From the NCBI RefSeq assembly GCF_001949145.1, contig NW_019091360.1, positions 554,137 through 617,791 of the forward strand: DNA of 63,655 nt, given 5' to 3'. A model generated the notes under the pieces. That model was given only the letters and a program-made list of their open reading frames with translations, did not search any database and was not told the DNA's origin. Positions 19,311-31,700 of the stretch are shown piece by piece. Positions within the stretch are counted from its first letter, which is position 1, and each line of letters starts with the position of its first letter. Source of the DNA: Acanthaster planci (lineage: Eukaryota). A program made the position numbers and the translations under genes.

Positions 19311-21584
19311 GTTCAGGGGGCGTTTTCGAAACCCCAGTCTCCCGGGACTCACGAACAGTGTTCTTGGGTCGTTGATTACGAATGCTTAAGTGCAAATGGG
19401 GTGCAGCTGCGTTGAAAGTCAAGATAGCAGTCGCCATTTTAACACTAAATGAAAAGATGGCATGACATTTACCATCCCACATTAAATAAAATTCCTAAAT
19501 GTCCATATTAATGGTCAGGGTAAATTTTCTCCGACAGCCATGAGTATTTGCCTTGGGTTCAAGTTTATTTTTCTTTGTGAGTGTTTCCTATTTTATCTAA
19601 CAAAACCACCATTAACTTACGGTATGTGCCTATATCCACCATCTTTGTTCTTGATGTTCTTCATCCACTCCCCAGAAAGTGGGGAGTGAGAATCAAAGAT
19701 CTCATAGCGCTGTACAATCTTTGGTGAGAATCTTGTTCAGGAACAATGTTCGCGTGTTGATCCCCTTTTGAAACCCCGTTCTTGTGTTCGTCAAACACAA
19801 GAATGGCGTAAATCTGCGTCGCTCGAGCTCGTTAAAACGCTGACTAAAGTCCTTATTTATTATCCACCCCGAGCTGAAGTGCACCCCCAATCGGCGAAAG
19901 TAGGACAGGTGGTTATAAGCGGGTTCTTGCACGCGTTCTGCACGTACGCAGAGACCATACATGCCGAAATAAATTAGTTACGCGTACTCATCGTGCTCCG
20001 CATCAAACTCGCATATACTTCCGCGCCTGATGTCGCGCCTTACCAAAATCACGCCCTCTTTTGTTCCCCTCGGAGCAGGTGCAATATGGGGGGGGGGTGC
20101 GTTCCATCAAATGGTTGTATTGCTGCGCGCGAGCTCCTAATATTTTTTGATCCCACGGTGTTTTACAATAAGACATGCCATAACCAGGAGGCATCATAGA
20201 AATATTTCTATGAATCACGAATTTTGGACTGACAGATTCCAGTTGGAGGTATTTCTTTCGCCAAAAGCCCCAAATAGCAGGCCTATTTTGGATAGAGGCG
20301 GGCGGCTACATTTAGAAATGAGCGCTTAGTTTTATGCTGTTTGGGGTATCTTCCTTGAAAGGCGAATAAAAAAGATTTTCGTGGCTAAGCCCAATAAAAT
20401 TGAAACGAAGAGTGATCTTCTGGCCATAATCTTGAATTTCCAGTAAAAAAAAAACGGAGGCAAATTTCTTCACGAGAGTCACCAAGCGACGCTATTTTGG
20501 TCCGATTTGGCACTGGCGCGTATTTGGTTTAATGCACCTGGGCCGTTTTCCAATACTCAATCCGTCTCAGTCGCAGGCTTCGTTCCCAAAACCAATTCCC
20601 CATTGTGGGCCTGAAGCGTTTAAATTACATTGAATTGCTGTAATTTTTGGCTCTCTTTCATCTTAGTTGATGCTTTGTGGCACTATTAGACTAATAACTG
20701 AGCTTACAGCTTTAAAGTCATCTAGTAAAAAACAGTTGAAGCCGGAGCCGAAAGTGAATATTGGAAGACGACCCTGGGGTTAATCGCGCAAGGCATGGTA
20801 GGAACAAACATGGCGTGCCGAGATCATTCCCATGGAAACGAGGTTGGGCTAGGGTTTTTTTTACCGTGGGGACGAGGTTTTTCAAGGATACCATTGATTT
20901 CCCTATTAAAATATATGGGCTTGTTTCTGCACACCAGTTAAATCAGTGATACTGACTTGTACCCAGAGACAATCTGCCGTCAATGGGCCGTCTCTTACGC
21001 GCGTGTGAACAGCAAGTACAAACTCTGGGAACGCGTACGATCAATACATGGATGTTTCACACATGCAAAGTACATGTACATGTAGTACAATAGTCCTGGG
21101 CAAGTTACTAGGCCAGGAGTAAAGTGACCCCGTGACGTTTTGCGAATCATCGCGGCACGAAAGTGGTGAACTACCATGTAGACCGACGTTACCGACATGT
21201 GTCCTTAAAGTGTTGTAACTTTCTTCAACAAGGCTATTCAAAATCAAGTGTAAGAAATGCTGATTAATCATACCTAGTTTTGATGGAGGCAAAATGAAAC
21301 TTTGGCCATGAGTTTGTTGGTTGTATTCTTAAGGCTTTAGTTTACGCTACCATATCCATGGTATGTGGGCCGGCTTTTTAACTAACGTAGTACTGGCATG
21401 ACTGGGTCATGCTAATCATGCTAATCGTCAACGAGCGTAAACAAAGCGTTAACAAATTATTCAAGCATTTGTGTGAAGAAATGTGGTATTTTTTAATATG
21501 ATGAGGCTCCTGAATATCCTATTCAATATATCACATTTATCTCAAGTAATGTTTGAATGTGGAAAGTAAGCCGACAAAGTAGGT

Positions 21585-21690
21585 CTTGCGCGTCACGCTC
21601 GTGCAGCAGAACTGGCCGCCATCTTGTTTTTGAGTGGACACACAGCAAAGTGGAGTAAGAAAGATGGCGGCTCCCACATCGCAGAAAGGA
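21585..21690 (+). promoter_or_regulatory. Probable SETD2 promoter / 5' end with two YY1-type motifs
   Basis: GCCGCCATCTT (~21615) and AAGATGGCGGC (~21661) in opposite orientation, with CpG-rich GCGCGTCACG upstream. CpG becomes visibly scarce downstream. Confidence 0.5.
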
Positions 21691-21904
21691 AAGATTTTGC
21701 TTTAATTACCCCTATCAGAATTTGTCATGAACACCTAAATCTTTGCAAGTAATTTTCCAGTTGTGTTCAGAATTATAAAAATGTCTGCATAATCTGAACT
21801 TTTCCAGGTTTATTTCAGTAAAACTGGTAAAAAATTGGGGAGAAATTAGGCATGTTAAAATTGTTATTCATGTTATTGATTGGCTTACCTTAAAGTAAAC
21901 ACTT

Positions 21905-22438
21905 CGGCGTCAATTACCATTAGCACCCTGTTCCTAAAATAAGGAAAATGGAGTCCAATTTTTCAAATTAACTAACATTCAGACCTTTAGGATCCATTCC
22001 TTAATCCTAGTCATGCTAGTACTGAGTAGTAGCTCTAGTTTTGGTAAATTTTGACAATATTTAATTATGGCCTAAGCAAGAAAACCAGAATTTATTACCC
22101 GAGTCTGGCGAAAGACGATGGCATCATGCTATTTTGTTTCACGTCTTGTTACCTGACCCAGCCATTGTGGATACATTGAATTTCATAAAAAAAACTTTTG
22201 TAGTTCTAGGTCTAGGAACCAGACTACATGCACTGATTCACCTTCGTTCACAGCTCCTCGTTGCATCATATATGCTGATTGTTATACCCCATCATGTCCC
22301 TCAAAAACAAAGCCCTTCCTTCTTGTCTTTCTTATATGAAAGAGGACATCACCGTCAACTTATTTAAGTGAGTTGTTTCCTGAAGTTAGACTTTGTCTCC
22401 TTATTATAGGAAAAGGGTGCTAATGGTAATGAATGCCG
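21905..22438. mobile_element. Non-autonomous DNA element (MITE) with 6-bp TSD
   Basis: TIRs CGGCGTCAATTACCATTAGCACCCT / AGGGTGCTAATGGTAATGAATGCCG, flanked on both sides by ACACTT. Confidence 0.7.
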
Positions 22439-23433
22439 ACACTTTGACTTTGGCTAGAACATCTAACAAAGAAAAATGGAAATTTCTTCGCCTGTATTGC
22501 CGGAAGATTTCCAGATGAAAGTATCGGGAAGAGTTCCATAAACAGACACCAGTCATTATTCCCTAGAGTGATCTATTGGCCATCAGAAAGCAATAACATG
22601 TCCAGTAAGTTCAGTTTAGGAGGGAAAATACCCAGTTGTTTACTTAAAAAAACCTAAAATTTTTCAAACCATTCTCATAGGGCTTTTGCACAGGGTGTCT
22701 AGTGGTGTCCGTATATGGAACTCTTTCCAAAGTATCAAAATTGAAGGTTGTGTTAGGCCTCATCACTTACACATATATGCATTGAATTCTAAACACAACT
22801 GGATCGACCCCTGCAGTTAGGTGTTTTGAAGATTTTTCTATTCCTAACTGCAGTTCAGCAGAATAATATCATTGTCATCTACTAAAGGGGATCTGAAAGC
22901 ATAAATCTAATAATTCTTCCTTCTACATAGGACAGGGGTCCTGAAATTTACAATCACTTTGACACTTTGCCCAGAGATTGTATGATTCATCCTGTTCATG
23001 GCATGGTTACTCATAATAGGTCAGTCTACATGTTCGACTGATTGCATGGTTTCTGTGCAGTCGTGGCATGACCTATTGATGTTTCTGCCATCAGTTGATA
23101 AGCTTTTCTTTCTAATTTGCAGCTGTGGAAGAATGCTTTAAAAAGAGGAAGTACATGTAGGTTACAGACATGACCTTAATGACAGATTTTCTACACCATA
23201 TATAGTCAAACCTGATTAATGTTAATGCTATTTTTTCTTACTTTGCAGGTAACCTTGGTATAGTAGGAACCTTGTTCTGTTGGCATGATTTGGGAATGAA
23301 AACAATGAAGAACAAAGGATTGGGACCTAAAATTTCTTGATATACGTAGAATGTTGTAACAGTATAACTGGAAATGTCCAGCGCCCTTGGCCCATAATGT
23401 GGAAATTAACACTGAGGGCAGGAAAAGCTTAAC

Positions 23434-23697
23434 ACCAGGTCAATGGAGCAAACATTCATTCACATTCAAACATTCAAATGATCCACTTAAGTTGTAAATA
23501 TAATTCATCTGACATGCGTGAACCAGGATAAAAGAGGCATCTTCTAGGCATCTTGTCAGCTTGTGGCATTTATAGCCATGAAATATCACCTTTCAAGTTC
23601 CTTCCACGATGACCGTTTTATGGCTTAATGTGAAGTCCTGTGTGATGTCAATATTGAGCATTCCATATCATATGAATGTTTGCTCCATGGACCTGGT
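23434..23697. mobile_element. Short MITE-like element
   Basis: TIRs ACCAGGTCAATGGAGCAAACATTCAT / ATGAATGTTTGCTCCATGGACCTGGT; no clear TSD. Confidence 0.6.
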
Positions 23698-25725
23698 AAG
23701 TGATAACTTGATACCTTGAAAGGGAGGGAACATAATCAGTGATACTATCCTGACAAAAATATCTGAAAAGACAAAAAATCTTTTTGAGAGAGAAGTTTTT
23801 CCAGCTCTATAGTATAGCAAATCTCATTTCATTAGCCTATAGCAGTGGATATTTCCAGCTAGGGATGTAGTATTAAGGCACAATTGCAGAATATTCTGCC
23901 ACTCGCATAGGGCCCATCCCACAGAGTCACAGTTAATAGCCTACATGTACCTACAGTAAATATGTCGTTCGCCATGCTCTTCCACTTAGCCAGCTACAGG
24001 ATAGTCTATTTAGACTGAATATTTTCCTGCAGCAACTCCTATTCATTGTAAATGTCTTTGTTCTCAAAAGCATCTGACTCTTGACATGCCATGTCCATAG
24101 CCATGTACATGTATGGTACATGTAGCATAACCCCATTGCTGTACGTACATAGTACGTGTTCTTTATGCCATCTTGTAGCCAGTGTTTCTAGGGGCATAAC
24201 AGGTGTTGGCAGGTGTTTGATATAGCCAGCCATTGCCTGGTCTTGGTTTCAAGACCTTCGCATTCTTCCTTTTAGCTAAAATGGATCAATTCAAACTACA
24301 GAGGTTACTATATTTATTTTGGACCACTTATGACTTCGGGCAAAAGACTTGGACATTTTGTTCAGCAATGATCACATTTTCCATTGTTTTTCTCCTGACT
24401 TTCTAGGGGTGCCACTCGACAGCTTCATTTCAAATTTTGTCCACTAATGTGAGGCTCAAACTGTGAAGTATTTGGTTTGGTTGAGCCAGACAGTTAACAG
24501 AATTTACTAGTACAAAATAATGATTCAGGATTAAAGATTAAGCCAAGGCAAAAGATGAAACTGAGCATTGAAAGATGACCCTGATCATTCTAACAATTCA
24601 GTCATCTTTTTATTCATGTACATGGTATGCTGAAGCAATCTGAGTGACATTATGATAGTACAGCATTACATCCCTTCTTGTACATTGGCATAATGGTGCT
24701 GTAATTACATGTACATGTACATCTTGAAATGCACCTACAGAAGAACATATATACATGTATATATATTGTAATATGTAACATACATGTATCTGTATATTGT
24801 TATGCCATGTGATCATTATCTTTGGGTTTGCAGGAACCGTGAAATGCTTTCAAGGCCGTCACTTCATGATGCTGCTATGCTAAGCACAGTTTTTCTGGTA
24901 ACACTGGAAAATTTCTGCTCAGCTGATGCCAGCAAAACGAAGTTAATGTACAAAAGAAAATAACTAGAACAAGTAAACGCTGCAGTTACCTCAAAGGACC
25001 AGCCAACATTACGAGGCGGAATTCACGCCAGTGAGAAACATTTGAAAGAGAAATTCCCTAGAGAAATACAATTTGACTTAAAGTCAAATATTAACTGGAT
25101 TTTGTGTAACTTGGGTTAACCTTGTTTGTTTTAGTCAAACTTGTTCATCACTGCAGTGACTCTTCTACAGTGTGCTGCTTTTAAAAGTCTGCCTTCTTTA
25201 CACCTTAGGAGGCGATACAGTGCACCTTTGATTTTTCTACATTGTTTTGTTGTGTTTTGCTTAATTATCCCATTCACTAATTCCTCATCACAAAATTTAA
25301 TCTTGACCACTTGCATAAAGAATCTACTTCATTGTATGTATGCACAGTTGTGCTATTGACAGATGTGCATTCGAACCTCAACTTGCCAACCCCAAGTACA
25401 TGTATGTCAGTAAGGCTCCAAAGTTTATTATCCACATTAAGTGTGCTAAAAAGTAGGATGTAAAATTTTTTCAACTAAATCATACTTTATTAATCTGTGT
25501 TCTACAGGTTTCTTTGTCATGCCTTTCACGTTTGGTTATTGTGGTTTTTAATCGAAAGTTATTTCTGTTTGTGTTCATGTTTAGGCCTGTCACATCATCC
25601 CACATGGCTTTTGTCAGAAGGATGCCCTGACTGTGAAAGGGATCATTGAGGCTGACCCAAAAATGTGATTCGGAAAGGTTTCAAATGAAAATGTGGAAAA
25701 AGTAGTCTATCCTCTATTTTGGAAA

Positions 25726-28700
25726 ATGGCTGATGAGTACGATCCAGCATTTCCAACCGAGTGAGTACTTTATTTCTAATTGTACATGTACATTTGATGT
25801 TCCATGATCAATATTTGAAAAAAATTGGTAGTGAATGTATATGGCTTGGAGTTTATTTCAACAAAACATTCTGAATGTGTGTTTTATTTTACTTTGCACA
25901 GGACTTCTGATATCAGATTTATATCTTATCTCTTTAAAATCCTCCCTGTTCTCGGTCACCACTAATCTAAAAAATGGTTTGCGTTAATGTTAATTGGTCA
26001 TTTGCCTCAAAAGGTCATGTATTTTGAAGTACATTCATTTTAATTTATCTATACATTATCAAACTCATTTTAGCACAGCCATGATGTTATCTTGCCACCA
26101 AAAAAATACTTAAACAGTCACGAAACTGGTTATTAGCCCATCACCTAATTTTCATGCTTTGTAGAAGGGTTCAGAGCTTCCAAATAAACCCCAAATCAAC
26201 AGGGAGATACATGTATTTTCTCTGAAGTTACAGCTGCTCAGTTTTTATCCCTTAACCCTGACTGCTTAAAACCTGCCATACTCCAACAGCAGGTTTTGGC
26301 AGGTTTGGTACCGTACCTGAGGAACCTGCTGTTGAATATTGTGAGACTTGGGATGAATGGCCCAGGGAGATGGTGTTGGATTCTGTGCGAGTTGGGACAC
26401 ACATGGGTCACTGTGTGCAGTGTCTGGCTTGCTGTACCAATTGTTGGACTATGCTTGATTTTGTCAGGTTTGGTACTGTTCAATGCAAGTCATCCTATAC
26501 TGTGTAGACCCATCCATACCATATCACTCAAACTCCAACGGGCTCATTCTGTTGGAGTTTATCAGGTTTGGTGCAGTAACCTGCATGTACAAGTACATAG
26601 ACAAGTACGTGAACCTGTTGGATTTTGTGAGGTTCAGTATGCTTTCTAGTGCAGGAGCCTGGGGTTAGGTTTAAGATACCTGTAACTTTTTACAAGTGAT
26701 GGACCAAATATATGTAATGAGAAAAATGTAGAGACAAACCAAATCTCTGTTTAAGCTTAAATATGTGAGAGGTTTTGAAGGAAATGTTCTATGCACCTAC
26801 TGTTAGAAGATGTTGAAGATGTGAATGTACTTCCTTCATTTGTTCCCCTTTCACTGCTAAGAAAAAGGCATGTATTCAATAGAATGAAATAATTAAATTA
26901 ACCCTAACCCCCTAGGCTCCTGCACTAGAAAGCATACTGAACCTCACAAAATCCAACAGGTTCATGTACTTGTCTATGTACTTGTACATGCAGGTTACTG
27001 TACCAAATTTGATAAACTCCAACAGAATGAGCCCGTTGGAGTTTGAGTGATATGGTATGGATGGGTCTATGTAGTATAGGACGACTTGCACTAAACATTA
27101 CCAAACCTGACAAAATCAAACATAGTCCAACAATTGGTACAGCAAGCCAAACACTGCACACAGTGACCCATGTGTGTCCCAACTCACACAGAATCCAACA
27201 CCATCTCCCTGGGCCTTTCATCCCAAGTCTCACAAAATTCAACAAGAAGTTCCTCAGGTGCGGTACCAAACCTGTCAAAACCTCACAAAACCTGCTGTTG
27301 GAGTATGGCAGGTTTTGGGTGGTTAGGGTTAATGAGTTTCCAGTTTACTAATTTCTATATGCATGTAGGTTCACAACAACACACAGAGAACTAACCTTGT
27401 GTGCATTCAGATAGAAAGTCTGCTTATGACAAGATGCTTCACCTTTAGCCTGCAGATAAAATTTAGTGCCAATTTATTTTGAATATCTGCACAGATGGAT
27501 TTAGTGTTGGAGACGCTTAAAGCCGATTGTCTTGAAACAAGGTCTGTTTAAAGACAGGCATACATGTTGAAGTCGAAGTGGCAAAGTAAACTGAATTTAG
27601 GTGGGTTGATTTGGATCATAAACTATTGTGTTGGCTGTCTTAAAGCGGAGAGATGAAAGTGAGATATGTGTACATGGAATCGAGCTGGTCGACGATTCAA
27701 AAGGTGAGTGAAGGTCAAAAAGACACATTGTGGTGTTGGGTGGTTTTGGGTGGTTGACGGAGGCACACAGTGAATTGCGTTTTTATGGGGATAGTCACCG
27801 ACATGAAACTGTATTTACTGGTGACAAGAACAAATTGGAAAGGTTTGGAGGCAGGTGGGTTGCCATTGCATTTGAAACGTAAGACATAACATTCATTGCA
27901 CTGTTTGATGTTGCGTGTAGCGCAGGCCTACACCTACTTGGCATCCATTTCATTTTCGCATGATGGATACTCGGTGAAATGTCTAGTGTGGGATCAAGAT
28001 CTACATGCAAGTTAGACTTCTTTCTTTTGACTTTTTTATACCCAGTAATTTAGGAGAAGCTACAAATAATTGGTAAGTTTTTGAAGAACGAAGGTTTGGG
28101 ATCACTGGTCAAACGGAACGTTTCTCTCAAAATGTTGACGCATTTTGATTTCAAGATAGTGGCGTGGGGTCACAATGGAGGTTGCGTGATGTGATGGGCA
28201 TGCATAGTGCGGACTACACATATCACCTGGCAAATACACTCAATTGTGTTGCTTGCAAGTATTCGCGGTGTGTAGGCGTACATGTTCGTACATGTACATG
28301 GACATCATGTACGACGGGGGACTTCATTGAGCTGAGGTTCGTCGTTCGGTAGTGTTGCAGTGGACCTTGGACATGGAATTGTAGTCTAATGAATGGTGTG
28401 TACAGTGTACTTGGTGCCTGAATCAGAATCAGTTGTGGTGAGTACGCATTGTTATTCGTGGTTTCCTACCTCCATGATAATGGCATGGCTAGGACTTAAC
28501 TGCATGTTATCGGTGGTCACACGGTAGAAAATGGGAGAAATCACCTCCTTCAAAATGGGGACTGCCTCTGCAATTCATGACATTGGAGCCTGATTTTTTA
28601 ATTAGGATCATTTTTTCTGCAAAAGTTTGGTTTGATTTTACATGGAAATTAGAATGATGCTTAGGTCAGTACAACCTCTTATATCCATAAAGGCATATTC

Positions 28701-31700
28701 CTTTGTACTGATGCACTTTCTTTGCATTCAAAAATGAAATGTAAGATGGCCATTGTTTTGATGACATTATTAATTTGACCAGTGGGGAATTTTGTTTCGC
28801 CATGGTTTCGCATACTACGTATCATATAGGCCCCTAACTCTTATCATTTCTATTTCACTATTGTCATGATTGTGAAAGTCTTACCGACAGCAGCAGTAAT
28901 GGTAGTACAGTGTATGTGCCAATCTTCCAGTAATTTACAGTAAGCAAATAGCAAACATGTTTAGATTTTTCAATCAAGGCATGATGATGTGATACATTTC
29001 TAAAAAGTTCTGCAAAGTCGGGTACACTGTACCATGTAGCTGCATGCTTGCAACACCCTGCAGGATCTTATGCACTATTCTCTATCAAAAATGAATCACT
29101 TCACTTGTTCCCACTGTTTTATTAATTAGTAAGCCTATACGGTACTTGAAACAACCATTTCACTTGATGGCACAAGACCATGAACGGTGCATGTCTGAAT
29201 AATGTCATTGTAAAACATCAAGTAAATAATGCTGAAAATAATAAAAAGTATTGACATTTTAAATGAACCATACATGTATCTCGGCTTACATGTACTGTAC
29301 ATGTATGTACATGCATACATGTACATGCATTTTAAGTATTTATTTCAGATGGGATTTCAAGCTATTCGTGGTGACAGACAACTAAGATGGAAAGCTTGCG
29401 GTAAACACCATGCAATATCTCTTTTTTGAGTCTGTGTGGTTCTGATAAGAACCGGAGAGGTTCAACGTTTCGAACAGTGTGCTCTGTCCGTCGTCAGGAG
29501 TCTCCATGGTGTTTACCGCAAGCTTTCCATCTTATTTATTTCAGGTACCCATAGGAAGTATCTGAAGGAGTCCAGCCAATTGTAATTTTTCATTACCATT
29601 CTATTGTGTGGCTGGTCAGCCTGGCAGCCCATGCACACCGATACCAGCTACAATAAATTTTTCTTGGACGCAGTTCTTTTTCAACTTTGTATTCATCTTC
29701 AATGAATGAAAATTCTTTTGCATTTCTGTTTCGTTAAATACATTGAAAAGTGCACTTTTTAAACAATTGAAATTATCCATGCTTTTTTCTGTTAAAATTG
29801 TGAACCCAAATGTACTCCCTGAAAACATTTGTGAGAGAGATTCATGCTACATGTAGCTTATTGCTGTGCACTCACAACAATGAATCAGCAACTACATGTT
29901 AGTGAAAACTGAGTCCAGTAAAATCTACAAAATTGGAGGACTTTTGTGTACAATGTTATGTATAGGCTTCTTCCTAAGATGACATCACAGTTTTGTGGGA
30001 ATTCATGGGAATATGGAAAAACCATTAGCATAAAATCCCAAAAGTAAATTACCCTCTGACATAGTGAAACAAAAGTTGAAAATAAGGTTAACTTGGACAC
30101 AAAGAATCATTTCGAAGGTTTGTATCAAAACAAACTAATTGCTGCTACCATTTAAGGATTCAGGGAAGTGCGCCACGTACATTGGGCGTGTTGGGTGCTT
30201 TTGGCCTTTACAGGCGGCAGTGTGAAAGGCTGAATTTCTTATTTTTTTAGCATTGTATGCCTTAAATACACTTCTTTGAATGAATACAGATTCTCTAAAT
30301 TATATTATGGGCTGCTCACTTGTAGAACAAATGTTTTGCATCATTCTGTAAACTCTTACTTGGTTTGTTATTTTCAAGACAAACATAAATGGAAATATTC
30401 TTTGAAACAAATGAAAATCTAGCACAACTGGTACATGAGCTCAGGCGAAGCACAACCGACAATGAATTACTTGTTCAGAAGTTTCATATCACTAAAAACA
30501 CTACTTAATTCCTATAAAAAGTAGAAATATAAGCACATGTTGTTGGGTAATGTTGGTGACTACTTTGAGCAATGCATGATTACTGAGACTTAGGCAAGAT
30601 ATGGACTGAAGGTGGTTTGCTTTTGTCCTTCCCGTGTACATACGTGTACAACAATCTACATGGTCCACAGGTACGGTATTTGTACCTGTACCTTTGTGAA
30701 GGGATTTTGGGTGCCTTGTCCCCAACTTGCGAATCATCGACCATTCAATTACTAATTTGATGGATTTTTCAGTTTTGTACGAAACATACACATATGATAC
30801 ATATTGAGAAGAATTCCCTTTGAACTAATGGATGAATCATCTCATTTGTATAGTTTTGTGCCATTTGATCTAATACCACAGAAAGTATTACCCACATGTA
30901 TATATTGCACTGTGCGCATACTGAGTATGTGAATAACGGTGTGAGAAGGTATTTGTGGAGTTAGATAAGTCAAACTCATCCAGTTACATACAGCTTCACA
31001 AATAGATTTCAATCATAATTTGAAGACAGAACTCTACTATTTAACTACTTGTTATCTTGACTGTCACTGCAGAGATATCACACTCACACATGGATAACAT
31101 ACATGTACATGTACAGGTGATACATTCCTCTTGGATCAGTATGGTGATGTGACTTGCCAAAGTGCATGTATGCTTCAGATGAAGGACATATGCTTGAGTG
31201 GCTTGCCAATGGCATCTTCTGGGATCAGTCAATAAGCCAACAGTTGTGTGTGTGTTTTACCAGTTGGTAGAACTCTTTTTAATGTCCACCCCCATACTGA
31301 TGCTAAAGACTGGGTCGCAGGGGAGGGGGTGGGGGTGTGCATTCTTAAAAAATATGCAGCCTTTCCCTGTGCATGTAAACTTACAATTTGTAACTAGTTT
31401 TTATTTTTGATATTTCTTTCATGTACTGTGTCCTGCCATACATAATCTACAGGGAAACTGACATGCTGCAGGTAAGCTTTAATAAGCTTATGTAGAAATG
31501 GTTACTCATATATGGGTCATACTATAAATTAGTGGTTCAGTTTTTTCCATGTTCCTGTTAAATCTAACGTGATTTTGTTGTTCAAAGCACATTCCCTAAT
31601 TTCCAAGAGTGATGAATTAATGCAAATAACCTGTCAAACAGTTTCAGAGATGTTTCCATGTAAAATGACACAGGTCAGGTGTAACGGGGACACACCCACA

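Noticed and set aside
19700..20330. Short ORFs right of the element
   Set aside because: No motifs or consistent exon structure that I can support.
21664..21705. ATG GCG GCT as the SETD2 start codon
   Set aside because: The frame closes after 13 codons with no GT donor; better explained as a YY1 motif or uORF.
26296..27278. Two similar 117-aa ORFs on opposite strands
   Set aside because: By-product of the inverted MITE pair, with non-ATG starts.
27494..27541. Possible extra SETD2 exon (also 29545-29581)
   Set aside because: AG/GT-like borders exist, but 27494-27541 introduces a stop in the required phase and neither has protein-level support.
27600..28570. Possible retroelement relic
   Set aside because: Composition differs from the flanks, but I could not read a convincing domain motif.
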